A stretch of DNA of 64,000 bases from Eledone cirrhosa (Eukaryota): NCBI GenBank assembly GCA_964016885.1, contig CAXHJY010000768.1, positions 107,147-171,146 on the forward strand. Reading direction: 5' to 3'. The notes beneath the pieces were generated by a model, which saw only the letters and a program-made list of their open reading frames with translations, was not told the DNA's origin and searched no databases. Numbering within the stretch: position 1 is the stretch's first letter; each line of letters starts with the position of its first letter. This document shows, one piece after another, positions 1 through 13,044 of the stretch. The position numbers and the translations under genes are program-made.

Positions 1-36
1 CAAGTCTGGCATGCCTATGTAAAACTGGTGGTTGTT

Positions 37-750
37 TTAGTGTTGGTGTTGGTAACAGTGTTTTCTGTTGTATTGTTTTAGGTGTGTGGTGCTATTGCAA
101 CAAAAGCAATGTGGTTTTCGTCCCTCCACCGAAATGTTTATGTCGCTGTTGTTGTCCACCAGCACTTTTTCTGGTATTTTGGAGATTCTTTCCGGGCTCA
201 TTTGCACCAGCATCTCCAAATTTGTACCAGACCAGGTGTGTCTGGTTGACTTTTTGATGGAGAGAATGGTGTCTTTTCTCTCCTCTAAAAATCCTGCCAA
301 TATCCACCAAATATTAATATTTGGTGGTATGTTTGAAACTCTAATTTTTTGTGTCTTTTTTCCCAGGTATGTAGGGAAAAAGGTGTATTTTTGTGACAGT
401 ATTGGCATCAATGAGTATCTTTGTGCAAGGGCCTCGCTTTTGAGGAGTACCGAAATACTTCTGTACTGTTTGGCCCTCTACATAAAGTCAATGTCTGACA
501 ATATCTCTTTCAAGGTTGCCTCAATTCCCTCTTGACTGAGGAATGCTGGTCGTTTTGTTTCATTTGAAACAGTTCTGAAGGTAATTGTCCTTCGAAATGT
601 TTCCAGACGAATTTCTGGGAGTGAGTTTATCTGAAATCCCCCGTTTTCACCAAAAGTGATAAACTCCTTTGCTTCAGAGAGCATCTGTTTCGCATTGGAG
701 ATATCAAGATCCTTGAACTCTTGTGACTTGAGGACTGGTTGCGCCAAAGT
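37..750 (-). mobile_element. Decayed LINE (L1/Tx1-like) ORF1 fragment with zinc knuckle
   Basis: Minus ORFs 478-747 and 37-411 contain KIRVSNIPP...VEGRKPHCFCCNSTTHLK, an RRM-like strand followed by a knuckle typical of non-LTR ORF1; reading frame is broken. Confidence 0.55.
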
Positions 751-939
751 TTTTTTGGCGTTGTTGTTATTGTTTTGTTGTGGTTGTCGGTTTTTCCGTT
801 TGTAGTTGTGTCAATGGTTTCATTTTCTGTTGTTTTTTCTGTCTGTTGTACCATGTGTGGTACAATCTTGTTTTTAATTTTTGTTGTCCATATTGGTTTC
901 CATGGTGACGCCAATACATGCGGAGTTAGAGGTAACATC

Positions 940-1135
940 AGGGCGGTGGATTGGCAGTATCGGTAGAGGGTCGGACGCCATGCTTTGACGCATAGAGTTA
1001 CGACCCTTGCCATTCTGAGTTCAAATCCCGCCGAGGTAAACTTTGCCTTTCATCTTTACGGGGTCGATAAAATAAAGTACCAGTAACGTACTGGGTAATT
1101 GTGGCCTTGTGCCAAAAGTAGAAACAATTATTATT
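940..1135 (+). mobile_element. tRNA-derived SINE, family B
   Basis: A-box-like TGGCAGTATCGG, B-box GAGTTCAAATCC, body GCCTTTCATC..ACGGGGTCGATAAAATAAAGTACC; repeated many times in the window. Confidence 0.8.
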
Positions 1136-1799
1136 TGTGACTGTTTTTGTAAAAGTTATTTTTTTGGTGTTGTTGTTGTTGCTGTTGTGGTTGTCGGGTT
1201 TTTCCGTTTGTAGTTGTGTCAATTGTTTTTTCTGTTGATTTTGGTGTGTGTTGTACACTGTGTGGTTCACTGCATGTTTCAATTTTGTTTGTGTTGTCTA
1301 CTTGACTTCCGTTACACAAAACTTTGTTGTTAACTACATCGATACAGGCAAAGTTCTTAGCAACGTTAAAGTCTATTTCTTCTTTTCTTTTTCCTTCTTC
1401 AACGTTCGTTAGCGTTCTTTGTACGCTTGCCATAGCTGATGGCAAAATATTAAACATTTTTAACAGCTTTCAAATTAATTTCAAATTAAATTTTCGCCCC
1501 TGTGGGGTTGAAAAATGAGATTGCCGCCCAGCTGACAATTCAGCCTGGGGGTTAATCTACAAAACAATGTGTTTTTTTTAAACAAGAATTTCTGTTTTTT
1601 GTAAATAAATTGACAGAAACTTAACAGCAAAATTGTGTGCATCCAGCTACCAAGATAGATAGATAGATAGATAGATATATTTCTATTTATTGCCACGAGG
1701 GTGCAAAAAAAGGGGAAAAATAGATAGATAGACAGACAGATAGGTAGGTAGGTAGATAGATAGATATCTTTTTTCCTTTATTTATTTATCTATTATATC

Positions 1800-2281
1800 A
1801 TCATCATCATCATCATCATCACCGTTTTACGTCCGTTCTTCCACGCTAGCATGGGTTAGACGGGTTGTCCTGTTGTGGGCAGTGTCTGGTCGGCTGACCA
1901 TGCCTTGCTCATACAGGAACTGATTCTGGCTTGATTTCTACAGCTGGATGCCCTTCCTAACACCAACCTCATTTACAGTGAGTGCTGGGTGCTTTTTCGT
2001 GGCACCTACACGTCCACTTTACAGTGTGGGCTGGGTGCTTTTTTGCCGTGGCACCTCCATGACTACCTTGCAGTGGGAGGGTGTGGGGGCATATTGTCTA
2101 TATGCTTCAGCTTGTACCCATGGGAGGTCGGGTACTCTGTATTACTGCGTGACTGCGTCACAGTCGTGTGTCATCACCTTTGAGAGGTGTAATTGGGTAA
2201 GGTCGGCTTTTATCACCTCATCCCAGGTCATCTTAGGTCTCCCCACTCCGCGGTTTCCATCGACTTCTAGTGCTCTGCACC
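1800..2281 (-). mobile_element. RTE LINE 3' end (ORF C-terminus, 3'UTR, (TGA)n tail)
   Basis: Reverse complement matches 19990-20425; (CAT)n tail at ~1800. Confidence 0.8.
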
Positions 2282-2404
2282 TTTTTTTTATATATAAAGA
2301 TATCTATCTATCTATTCATATCTCGCCCTCTCTCTCCATATATATACATATTTGTCTATCTATCTGTCTGTGTTTCTATCTATTTATTTGTCTATCTATC
2401 TATT

Positions 2405-4888
2405 TGTGATACGTGAGCCGAAGCAGATGTGCGCGGCCTTTCAGCGGCACTTTGCTCAACTGTTCGGGCAGGGTGGCATGCCGGGAGGGGCTATGGATTT
2501 TGGTCCATACCTTGACAGCCTGCCGCGACTCTCGGACAGCGAGGCGAAGTTCTGCGAAGGGCCAATTTCGGCTGCTGAGATAGGGAACGCGCTGAGCCAA
2601 TGCGGCAAATGCAAATCTCCAGGTCTCGACGGTCTACCCTACGAATTTTACGTAGCAGTGTCGGACTTGTTCTCCGGTCTCCTGGAAGCAGTCTACTGCA
2701 ACTGGCAACAGAACGGGAGAATTCCCAGTTCTGTGACCAAGGGCGTAATCACGTTAGTCAGGAAGGGGGATGACATAGGCAACATCCAGCCCATAACTCT
2801 GCTAAACACAGAGTTAAAGATTTTGGCCAAGGTGTTGGCAAAGAGGCTGGCGCTTGTCGTCGAAAACCTGGTGGGAGAAGCGCAGACATGCGCAATGCCG
2901 ACCAGGTCCATACACGACAACCTCCACCTCATGCGATACATCATAGAGAGGGTCGGGTGTAAATCCGGCTTCGGTGGGGCCCTGATCAACTTGGATCAGT
3001 CTAAGGCTTTTGATAGGGTTGACCATTGTTACCTGGATGTGGTGCTCGAGGCGGCAGGCTTCGGACCCGTGTTCAGGGGATGGATTGCTGCAATGCACAA
3101 CAGCAACATCTGCTCAAGGGTCAAGGTGAACGGCTACCTCTCGGAGCCGTTCCATATCACGCGATCCATTTGACAGGGATGCCCTCTCTCCTCCCTTCTG
3201 TGCGTACTGACTCTCGAGCCACTACTGTGGAAGTTGGAGCTATTGCAGGGCATCCCTCTGGAACCGGGACTGCTAAAAGCGGCGTCAGCCTATGCCAACG
3301 ATGTGAAAGTAATGGTGTCGAGCACCTTGCAAATCGGGGAGATCGGCACCTTACTGGAGGAATACGAAAGGTTCACAGGAGCGAGGCTGAACCGGGACAA
3401 TTCCGTCGGTTTGCAACTCGGAATGTGGAGAGGCAAACCAATGCCTTCCGATGCCGTCGTCGGACGCTGGACGGAAGGACTGGTAAAGCTGCTCGGGGTC
3501 TGGTTTGGTCCGGACCTCCAGGTGGAGAAGAAATAGAATGAGGTGACGGCCAAGGTGTTTGCATTCACCCAGAAGTGGGCTGAGTGCAAACTATCCTTGA
3601 AAGGTCGAGAGTAAGTGGCGAACACTTTTATAGCGTTTGTCATCTACTGTCATGCCTTGTCCAGCCAAAACGCTCACCAAAATGGAGCGCGCGCTCTTCT
3701 AATTCCTTTGGAATAAACGGGTTCCTTTGGTGAGAAGATCCATCTGCCGCCAACACCATTCAAACGGAGGGCTGGGGATGCCGTGGATGACGATGCGCAA
3801 ACACGTGCTCAGGCTGCGGCACCTCTACGTATTCCTCACCGGACAACCGGTATGGGCCCCGTTCATGAGGCGAGCCTTCCCACGACTCGTCTTGCTGACC
3901 GAGCTGCAATCCTGGGTCAAGCAAAGACCGAGGAAAATGGGCGACTGGCACATCGAATGTGCTCAGGCACTCGCAGTCCTCTGGCAAATGGACCCGGCGA
4001 TCAGTGAAGACTCCACTTCGTCATTCTATAGAGGGTTGGTCCGCAGCAAGTGCGACGACGCGCTCGGAGAAACTCTAGGTGTAGAGGAAGACGAACTGGC
4101 CAGTCTGTTCGGTAGGACCTTCCGCCCGGGACCGATGGACAACTTCCAAAAGTCCCTGGCCTGGCAGTGCTACCGAGGAGCTCAACCAGTTCGAGAGAAG
4201 CTCTACAGATATGGGCGCCGGGGCAGGGACACTTCGAAAAAGATCTGTCCGAGATGCGTGCGCAACGAGGAAACCGTCGCGCACGCATTTGTACACTGTC
4301 TGGGCGTTACCGACCTGTGGGGCTATGTAGAACGACTATTGTCACGGGTGGGACCAATCCAGTTGACCACCGAGTCCATTGTCATGATCAAACTGCTACC
4401 CTCCTTCAAAAACGAGGGAGAGTCGGTTTTCCTATGTGTTATGGCTATGGTGAAAGAGGTTGTATGGTGGACAAGGTTGAAAGCGCTGAGGTCAGACACC
4501 TTTCTCTCCGGCCAACAACTGATTCGTTTTTTCAAATATCACTTTGGAAGAAGAATCAGGATGGAGAGAGAGGTGCTGTACCCCAGCAACTTTTATAAAA
4601 GGTGGGTGAATGTGGCGAAGATGGCCCGAGTGGTTGGGTCTTCTCTCTATATAAGGCTGTAGGTTGAGAGAAGAGAGGAAGGGAGTACTCACTCTTGGTG
4701 CTCCTGGAGATAAGGGTTGTACATTTTTTCGGGGTGTGTACAACCCCTGTGTAACTCCTCCCCCCTATTGTGGATTTCAATTGTTATTTGTTGTTTTATT
4801 AATAGTTATATTTTCATATACCTGTATGTAAACTCCCCAATTGTATTTGTCCCCTTCTTTTGTGCCCTTGTGGCTAATAAAGAAATTT
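2405..4888 (+). mobile_element. 5'-truncated L1-clade (Tx1-like) LINE, ORF2 pseudogene
   Basis: KSPGLDGLPYEFY, PITLLNTELKILAKVLAKRL, LDQSKAFDRVDH, AYAND, C-terminal CPRC...ETVAHAFVHC; several stops and frameshifts; ends AATAAAGAAAT. Confidence 0.92.
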
Positions 4889-4889
4889 A

Positions 4890-5179
4890 TCTGTCTATTT
4901 GTCTGTCTCTCTCTCCATCTATGTATCTACACACTCATATACACCACCTAACCCCACATATATACACACACACACATACACATCTATATACACACATACA
5001 CACACATATATATACACCACCTACCCACATCTATATACACACTTTATCCTCCACATACACACATCTATATACACCCTCTACCCCATATATACACACACAT
5101 ATCTTTTCCTCTTAATGAGATCCCCAAAATCCCTTATTCCAGCTGATCCCTGCTAGAGTGGGATTTAGCTGTGTTGGAT

Positions 5180-5220
<41 letters not shown>

Positions 5221-5256
5221 CATATAATATATATATATATGTATGAGTGTGTGTAT

Positions 5257-5316
<60 letters not shown>

Positions 5317-5525
5317 GTACGAGTGTGTGTATTTATATATATATATATCTCTCTCTCTATATATATATATGTGTGTGTGTATATATATATGTGTGTGTGT
5401 GTGTGTGTCTATATATGTGCGCGTGTCTATATATATATGTGTGTGTGTATATATGTGTGTGTGTGTGTGTGTATATATATGTGTGTGTGTCTATATATAT
5501 GTGTGTGTGTCTATATATATGTGTG

Positions 5526-5556
<31 letters not shown>

Positions 5557-5670
5557 CTATATATGTGTGTGTGTCTATATATATATATGTGTGTGTCTAT
5601 ATATGTGTGTGTGTGTGTGTATGTATGTGTGTGTGAGTGTGTGTATTTATATATATATATATATGTATAC
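4890..5670. repeat. Compound (CA)/(CT)/(TA)/(TG) microsatellite
   Basis: Direct reading. Confidence 0.9.
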
Positions 5671-5769
5671 GCAATGAGAACTGGTTGAAACTGGTGGTGG
5701 CGTTGGTGGCCAGGGGTGGGGGTGGGAGCAAAGTAGTATCCTAATAAGGGTAATGCTGCTGGTGATGAA

Positions 5770-6510
5770 GATGTGGATGGAGATGATGGTGATGATGATG
5801 GTGATGATGACACTGCTGCTGATTGTGATGATGATGGTGGTGATGATGGTGGTGATGACACTGCTGCTGATTGTGATGATGATGGTGGTGATGATGGTGG
5901 TGATGACACTGCTGCTGATTGTGATGATGATGGTGATGATGATGGTGGTGATGACACTGCTGCTGATTGTGATGATGATGGTGATGATGATGGTGGTGAT
6001 GACACTGCTGCTGATTGTGATGATGATGGTGATGATGATGGTGGTGATGACACTGCTGCTGATTGTGATGATGATGGTGATGATGACACTGCTGCTGATT
6101 GTGATGATGATGGTGATGTTATGATGGTGGTGATGACACTGCTGCTGATTGTGATGGTGATGGTGATGATGACACTGCTGCTGATTGTGATGATGATGGT
6201 GATGATGATGGTGGTGATGACACTGCTGCTGATTGTGATGGTGATGGTGATGATGACACTGCTGCTGATTGTAATGATGATGGTGATGTTATGATGGTGG
6301 TGATGACACTGCTGCTGATTGTGATGATGATGGTGATGATGATGGTGGTGATGACACTGCTGCTGATTGTGATGATGATGGTGGTGATGACACTGCTGCT
6401 GATGGTGATGATGATGGTGGTGATGATGGTGGTGATGATGGTGGTGATGGTGTTATGATGGTGGTGATGATGGTGGTGGTGGTGATGATGATGATGATGG
6501 TGGTGATAAT
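5770..6510. repeat. GAT/GGT-rich minisatellite, main unit ~48 bp
   Basis: Repeated GACACTGCTGCTGATTGTGATGATGATGGTG(G/A)TGATGATGGTGGTGAT, decaying into a triplet repeat. Confidence 0.9.
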
Positions 6511-6614
6511 GAAAATAAAATGACAATTATTGCTAATGGAGACATGGAATTGGTAAAGATTAGGATAAAGGGTGAGGTAGGGATTAGGGGAGAAAGGCTG
6601 AAGATTGCAGGGGA

Positions 6615-7826
6615 CAGAAGATAGAAGATAAAAGATAGAAGATAAAAGATAGAAGAGAGAAGATAGAAGAGAGAAGGAAGAAGATAGAAGATAGAAGAGA
6701 GAAGATAGAAGAGAGAAGGGAGAAGATAGAAGATAGAAGAGAGAAGATAGAAGAGAGAAGGGAGAAGATAAAAGATAGAAGATAAAATATAGAAGAGAGA
6801 AGGGAGAAGATAGAAGAGAGAAGATAGAAGAGAGAAGGGAGAAGATAGAAGATAGAAGATAGAAGAGAGAATGGAGAAGATAGAAGATAGAAGAGAGAAG
6901 GGAGAAGATAGAAGATAGAAGATAGAAGATAGAAGAGAGAAGGAAGAAGATAGAAGATAGAAGATAGAAGAGAGAAGGGAGAAGATAGAAGATAGAAGAG
7001 AGAAGATAGAAGAGAGAAGGGAGAAGATAGAAGATAGAAGAGAGAAGGGAGAAGATAGAAGATAGAAGATAGAAGAGAGAAGGGAGAAGATAGAAGATAG
7101 AAGAGAGAAGGGAGAAGATAGAAGGGAGAAGATAGAAGAGAGAAGAGAGAAGAGAGAAGATAGAAGACAGAAGATAGAAGATAGAAGGGATAAGATAGAA
7201 GATAGAAGACAGAAGATAGAAGAGAGAAGATAGAAGAGAGAAGATAGAAGACAGAAGATAGAAGATAGAAGACAGAAGAGAGAAGACAGAAGATAGAAAA
7301 CAGAAGATAGAAGATAGAAGACAGAAGACAGAAGAGAGAAGACAGAAGACAGAAGAGAGAAGACAGAAGATAGAAGACAGAAGATAGAAGACAGAAGATA
7401 GAAGACAGAAGATAGAAGGGAGAAGATAGAAGAGAGAAGACAGAAGAGAGAAGACAGAAGAGAGAAGACAGAAGATAGAAAACAGAAGATAGAAGAGAGA
7501 AGACAGAAGAGAGAAGACAGAAGACAGAAGACAGAAGATAGAAGACAGAAGATAGAAGGGAGAAGATAGAAGAGAGAAGACAGAAGAGAGAAGACAGAAG
7601 AGAGAAGACAGAAGAGAGAAGACAGAAGAGAGAAGACAGAAGATAGAAGAGAGAAGATAGAAGACAGAAGATAAAAGATAGAAGATAGAAGACAGAAGAT
7701 AAAAGATAGAAGATAGAAGACAGAAGATAAAAGATAGAAGATAGAAGACAGAAGATAGAAGATAGAAGATAGAAGACAGAAGATAGAAGACAGAAGAGAG
7801 AAGACAGAAGACAGAAGACAGAAGAC
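6615..7826. repeat. 7-bp purine-rich satellite AGAAGA(T/G/C)
   Basis: Direct reading; the variant mix shifts from AGAAGAT/AGAAGGG to AGAAGAC along the array. Confidence 0.92.
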
Positions 7827-7899
7827 ACTCACTGTTTGGGTTGGTTTTTGATTCAGTATATTTTTTATATTTCTATAATTATTTCAGTTTGCAATATTA

Positions 7900-8160
7900 T
7901 AAGATTACAAGAATACAAGGGAGGAAACATAGTAACATCACTGATGATGACACAAATGTGTGACAAAAGAACTCTGAGAAACTATATTAATGTTTACATT
8001 TTCAACTTTTGGTCAATCATTGATAAATGATTGCCAGCTGAAATAATTATAGAAATATAAAAATATACTGCAGCGAAAACCAAACAATGAGTGTGTTTTA
8101 CTATATTTTTCTGGCAATTTTATAACAACATGACCCTCCCTAAATATAACAATATATATA
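7900..8160 (+). mobile_element. Old solo Penelope pLTR remnant with degenerate hammerhead
   Basis: 7938-7977 TCA CTGATGA TGACACAAATGTGTGAC AAAA GAAC TC TGA parallels the HHR at 55020 (G12 lost); ~8126-8155 CAACATGACCCTCCCTAAATATAACAATAT parallels 55194-55223. Confidence 0.65.
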
Positions 8161-8324
8161 CACACACACACACATGTACACAGGTATTATATGGACACAC
8201 GCATACACATATGTACACAGGTATTTACACATGTATGTACACATAATCCAATTCCACACTGCACGACACCCCTCCTCCACACCGTTCTATAACTCTATAA
8301 ACAACTTCACATCTTTATAATTAT

Positions 8325-8912
8325 AAGGGCCAGCAATTATCCCAGGTACAAGGCCAGCAATTATCCCAGTGTATTACAGGTACTTTATTTTATCGACCTC
8401 ACAATAATTCTTTCTACTTTTGGCACAATGCCAACAATTATCCCAATGTATTACTGGTATTTTATTTTATTTTATCGACCCCGTAATAATTGTTTCTACT
8501 TTTGGCACAAGGCCAGCAATTATCCCAGTGTATTACAGGTACTTTATTTTATCGACCCCGTAATAATTATTTCTACTTTTGGCACAAGGCCAGCAATTAT
8601 CCTAGTGTATTACAGGTACTTTATTTTATCGACCCCGTAATAATTGTTTCTACTTTTGGCACAATGCCAGCAATTACGCCAGTGTATTACTGGTACTTTA
8701 TTTTATCGACCCCGCAATAATTCTTTCTACTTTTGGCACAAGGCCAGCAATTACGCCAGTGTATTACTGGTACTTTATTTTATCGACCCCGTAAAGATGA
8801 AAGGCGAAGTTAACCTCTGATGGATTTGAACTCAGACCATAGAGGGCCGTAACTCTTTGCTGCAAAGCATGGCGTCCGACCCTCTACCGATTCTGCCAGT
8901 CCACCGCCCTTT
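8325..8912 (-). mobile_element. SINE family B with tandemly amplified ~77-bp 3' segment
   Basis: Head at ~8800-8912; about 5-6 tandem copies of TTTCTACTTTTGGCACAAGGCCAGC...TTTATCGACCCCG. Confidence 0.85.
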
Positions 8913-9139
8913 CACATCTTTATAATAAGGAACGAAAGACATGGAGAAGGAGAATAAGAACTTCGGAATAAAAATGAAGGATTTACAAATGACAAAAGAA
9001 TGAAGGAAGGAAGGAAGGAAGGATAAAGGAAACAGAAAGAAAATTGTTGTGTTGTTGTTGTTGTTGTTACTGTTGTTGTAAGGAGAGTAATAGAGGGACA
9101 AAGGGAATTATAGAACAGAGGAGGGGGGGGTATCGAGAG

Positions 9140-9515
9140 AAGGAGGTGTGGTGTAGATAGAAAGATGTGTGGTATGTATAGAAAGGGGTGGCGTAGACAG
9201 AAAGGGGTGTGGTGTAGATAGAAAGGGGTGTGGTATGTATAGAAAGGGGTGGCGTAGACAGAAAGGGGTGTGGTGTAGATAGAAAGGGGTGTGGTGTAGA
9301 TAGAAAGGGGTGTGGTGTAGACAGAAAGGGGTGTGGTGTAGATAGAAAGGGGTGTGGTGTATACAGAAAGGGTTGTTGTGTACATGGGAAAGGGGTGTGG
9401 TGTAGATAGAAAGGGGTGGCATAGACAGAAAGGGGTGTGGTGTAGATAGAAAGGGGTGTGGTGTATACAGAAAGGGGTGGCGTAGACAGAAAGGGGGTGT
9501 GGTGTAGATAGAAGA
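9140..9515. repeat. 18-21-bp minisatellite AGAAAGGGGTGTGGTGTAGAT
   Basis: Direct reading. Confidence 0.85.
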
Positions 9516-9749
9516 GTGTTAGAGTGGCACAGTAGGAGGGGTAGTAATAGTGGCACAGTGGGAGGGGTAGTAATAGTGGCACAGTGGGAGGGGTAATAAT
9601 AGAGTGGGGGTGGATTGCTAGAGTGTAACTTACTATGAAGATGTTCTACTGGAAGGCCTGTGGGGTGAGAGGCACAGTGGGGAGGCGGTATGAGAAGGAG
9701 GAGTGATAATGTGACAGTAGTAGGAAGAGGAGGAGTGACAGAGTGGGAC

Positions 9750-10700
9750 AGAGTGCTAAAGGTAGAGTACTAGAGGTAGAGTGCTAGAGTGGTAGAGATA
9801 CAGTACTAGAGGTAGAGTACTAGAGGTACAGTACTAGAGGTACAGTACAACAGTGGTAAAGGTACAGTATTGGAGGTAGAGTACTAGAGGTAGAGTACTA
9901 GAGGTACAGTATTAGAGGTAGAGTACTAGAGGTAGAGTGGTAGAGGTAGAGTGCTAGAGGTAGAGTGCTAGAGGTACAGTACTAGAGGTAGAGTACTAGA
10001 GGTACAGTACTAGAGGTAGAGTACTAGAGGTAGAGTACTAGAGGTAGAGTACTAGAGGTAGAGTTTTAGAGGTAGAGTACTAGAGGTAGAGTACTAGAGG
10101 TAGAGTGGTAGAGGTACAGTACTAGAGGTAGAGTGGTAGAGGTACAGTACTAGAGGTAGAGTGGTAGAGGTACAGTACTAGAGGTAGAGTTGTAGAGATA
10201 CAGTACTAGAGGTAGAGTGGTAGAGATACAGTACTAGAGGTAGAGTGGTAGAGATACAGTACTAGAGGTAGAGTGGTAGAGATACAGTACTAGAGGTAGA
10301 GTGGTAGAGATACAGTACTAGAGGTACAGTACTAGAGGTAGAGTTGTAGAGATACAGTACTAGAGGTAGAGTTGTAGAGATACAGTACTAGAGGTAGAGT
10401 GGTAGAGGTACAGTACTAGAGGTAGAGTGGTAGAGGTAGAGTACTAGAGATACTGTACTAGAGATACTGTACTAGAGGTAGAGTGGTAGAGGTACAGTAC
10501 TAGAGGTAGAGTGGTAGAGGTACAGTACTAGAGGTAGAGTGGTAGAGGTAGAGTGCTAGAGGTACAGTGCTAGAGGTAGAGTGGTAGAGGTACAGTACTA
10601 GAGGTAGAGTGGTAAAGGTACAGTACTAGAGGTACTGTACTAGAGGTAGAGTGGTAGTGATACAGTACTACAGGTACAGTATTAGAAGTACAGTAATAGA
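9750..10700. repeat. 14-bp minisatellite AGTACTAGAGGTA(G/C)
   Basis: Direct reading. Confidence 0.9.
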
Positions 10701-11760
10701 GGTAGAGTGGGAAGAGGGCTAGAGGTACAGTGGGAATAGGGCTAGAGGCACAGTGGGAAGAGGGCTAGAGGCACAGTGGGAAGAGGGCTAGAGGCATAGT
10801 GGGAAGAGAGCTAGAGGCACAGTGGGAAGAGGGCTAGAGGTACAGTTAGAAGAGGGCTAGAGGCATAGTGGGAAGAGAGCTAGAGGCACAGTTAGAAGAG
10901 GGCTAGAGGCACAGTGGGAAGAGGGCTAGAGGCACAGTGGGAAGAGGGCTAGAGGCACAGTTAGAAGAGGGCTAGAGGCACAGTGGGAAGAGGGCTAGAG
11001 GCACAGTTAGAAGAGGGCTAGAGGCACAGTGGGAAAAGGGCTAGAGGTACAGTTAGAAGAGGGCTAGAGGCATAGTGGGAAGAGAGCTAGAGGCACAGTT
11101 AGAAGAGGGCTAGAGGCATAGTGGGAAGAGAGCTAGAGGCACAGTTAGAAGAGGGCTAGAGGCACAGTGGGAAGAGAGCTAGAGGTACAGTTAGAAGAGG
11201 GCTAGAGGCACAGTGGGAAGAGAGCTAGAGGTACAGTGGGAAAAGGACTAGAGGCACAGTGGGAAGAGGGCTAGAGGCACAGTGGGAAGAGGGCTAGAGG
11301 CACAGTGGGAAGAGAGCTAGAGGTACAGTGGGAAAAGGACTAGAGGCACAGTGGGAAGAGGGCTAGAGGCACAGTGGGAAGAGGGCTAGAGGTGCAGTGG
11401 GAAAAGGGCTAGAGGCACAGTGGGAAGAGAGCTAGAGGCACAGTGGGAAGAGAGCTAGAGGTACAGTGGGAAAAGGACTAGAGGCACACTGGGAAGAGGG
11501 CTAGAGGCACAGTGGGAAGAGGGCTAGAGGTACAGTTAGAAGAGAGCTAGAGGCACAGTGGGAAGAGGGCTAGAGGCACAGTTAGAAGAGAGCTAGGGGT
11601 ACAGTTAGAAGAGAGCTAGAGGCACAGTTAGAAGAGAGCTAGAGGTACAGTGGGAAGAGGGCTAGAGGCACAGTTAGAAGAAGAGGGCTAGAGGCACAGT
11701 TAGAAGAAGTGGGCTAGAGGCACAGTTAGAAGAAGAGAGCTAGAGGCAGAGTGGGAAGAG
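10701..11760. repeat. 23-bp minisatellite CAGTGGGAAGAGGGCTAGAGGCA
   Basis: Direct reading; shares CTAGAGG with the adjacent 14-mer. Confidence 0.9.
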
Positions 11761-11770
11761 TGTAACTTAC

Positions 11771-11901
11771 CATGAAGATGTACTGCTTCTACTGGAAGGA
11801 CTACGCACCTGAGCCTCAGATACACTGGCAATACGTGTGGCCGCGTGGATGGGTTCAGGTTTCTCTGATGATTTACTCTGCATCTTCTGTCTGCAGAGAT
11901 C
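11771..11901 (-). CDS. Candidate host-gene exon (131 nt)
   Basis: Unique sequence bounded by ttaccag| and |gtaagt; open frame DLCRQKMQSKSSEKPEPIHAATRIASVSEAQVRSPSSRSSTSS. Confidence 0.55.
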
Positions 11902-11922
11902 CTGGTAAGTCGATGGTGGTGG

Positions 11923-11963
<41 letters not shown>

Positions 11964-11964
11964 T

Positions 11965-12290
11965 AGGTTACCATAGGGTAGGTTACTGTAGTGTTGGTAA
12001 CCATAGGGTAGGTTACCATAACGTAGGCTCCATAGGGTAGATTACCATAGGGTAGGCTACCATAGGGTAGGTTACCATAGGGTAGTTTACCATAGGGTAG
12101 GCTACCATAGGGTAGATTACCATAGGGTAGGCTACCATAGGGTAGATTACCATAGGGTAGGCTACCATAGGGTAGGTTACCATAGGGTAGTTTACCATAA
12201 GATATGTTACCATAGGGTAGGTTACTATAGTGTAGGTTACCGTAGGTTAGGTTACCATAAGATAGGTTACCATAGGGTAGATTACCATAG
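11965..12290. repeat. 15-bp minisatellite GGTTACCATAGGGTA
   Basis: Direct reading. Confidence 0.88.
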
Positions 12291-12599
12291 GTTCGTTAAG
12301 GTTAGGTTAGGTTGGTTTACTTGGTGAGTTAGAACCGACTTGCAACTGAAGTGTTTTAGAATAAGTACCTTAGCCTTTAGTGCGCTACTAAATTTTTTGA
12401 ATTATTTCCCCTGCAACTGCCTTATTTTTTTTTTTTGGGGGGGGGGGGATCGTCTTATCTGACGAATATCGGCCTAAACCTGAATTTCACCTCAGAACTT
12501 TAGGGGTCGACCTATGCACCGGATCTACTTGTATACGGTATATATATATATGTATGTATGTATGTACATATGTATAGAAATAGTCGAGCTGGATACTAG

Positions 12600-12920
12600 A
12601 TCGTGCGGTTAAACCACTGGGAGTGAAGGACCCCTAGCCTATGTCAGGGCATTCTTCTAGGAGAAGGCAATTCAGGAAACTGGGATAACTCCGATATAAA
12701 ACCTACAGCTCAGTAGTTACCGATGATGTTGATCTTTTCTTCTTTTCGCGTTATAGCTACTGTCTCTCAGAGAGTGGGATTGGCTCAGTGCACAGTCTTT
12801 CCTCACTTAAAAAAATATCTTCACGCACAGGCATTGCACGATAGCATTAATTAATAATTATTAATAATGGTATATTGTGCAATGGCTATACTCTATAACG
12901 AGGGGACAGCCATTATCATG
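12600..12920 (+). mobile_element. Unclassified non-coding interspersed repeat ending in (ATGT)n
   Basis: Near-identical to 25672-25985; 3' end also present at ~17272-17320. Confidence 0.7.
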
Positions 12921-13044
12921 TATGTATGTATGTATGTATGTATGTATGAATGTGTATGTGAATTCTTGGCCCGTGATTGGACGTTCTCTACACTTGTTTG
13001 TGTCTGGCTATTTTGTCCACAGATACAATGTGGTTGTGATAACA

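Noticed and set aside
5753-7832. Asp-rich and Leu/Ser-rich ORFs
   Set aside because: Minisatellite and 7-bp repeat translations.
12490-12542. Possible pogo/Tc1-type TIR end (GGGGTCGAC...TATACGGTA)
   Set aside because: No partner TIR identified in the window.
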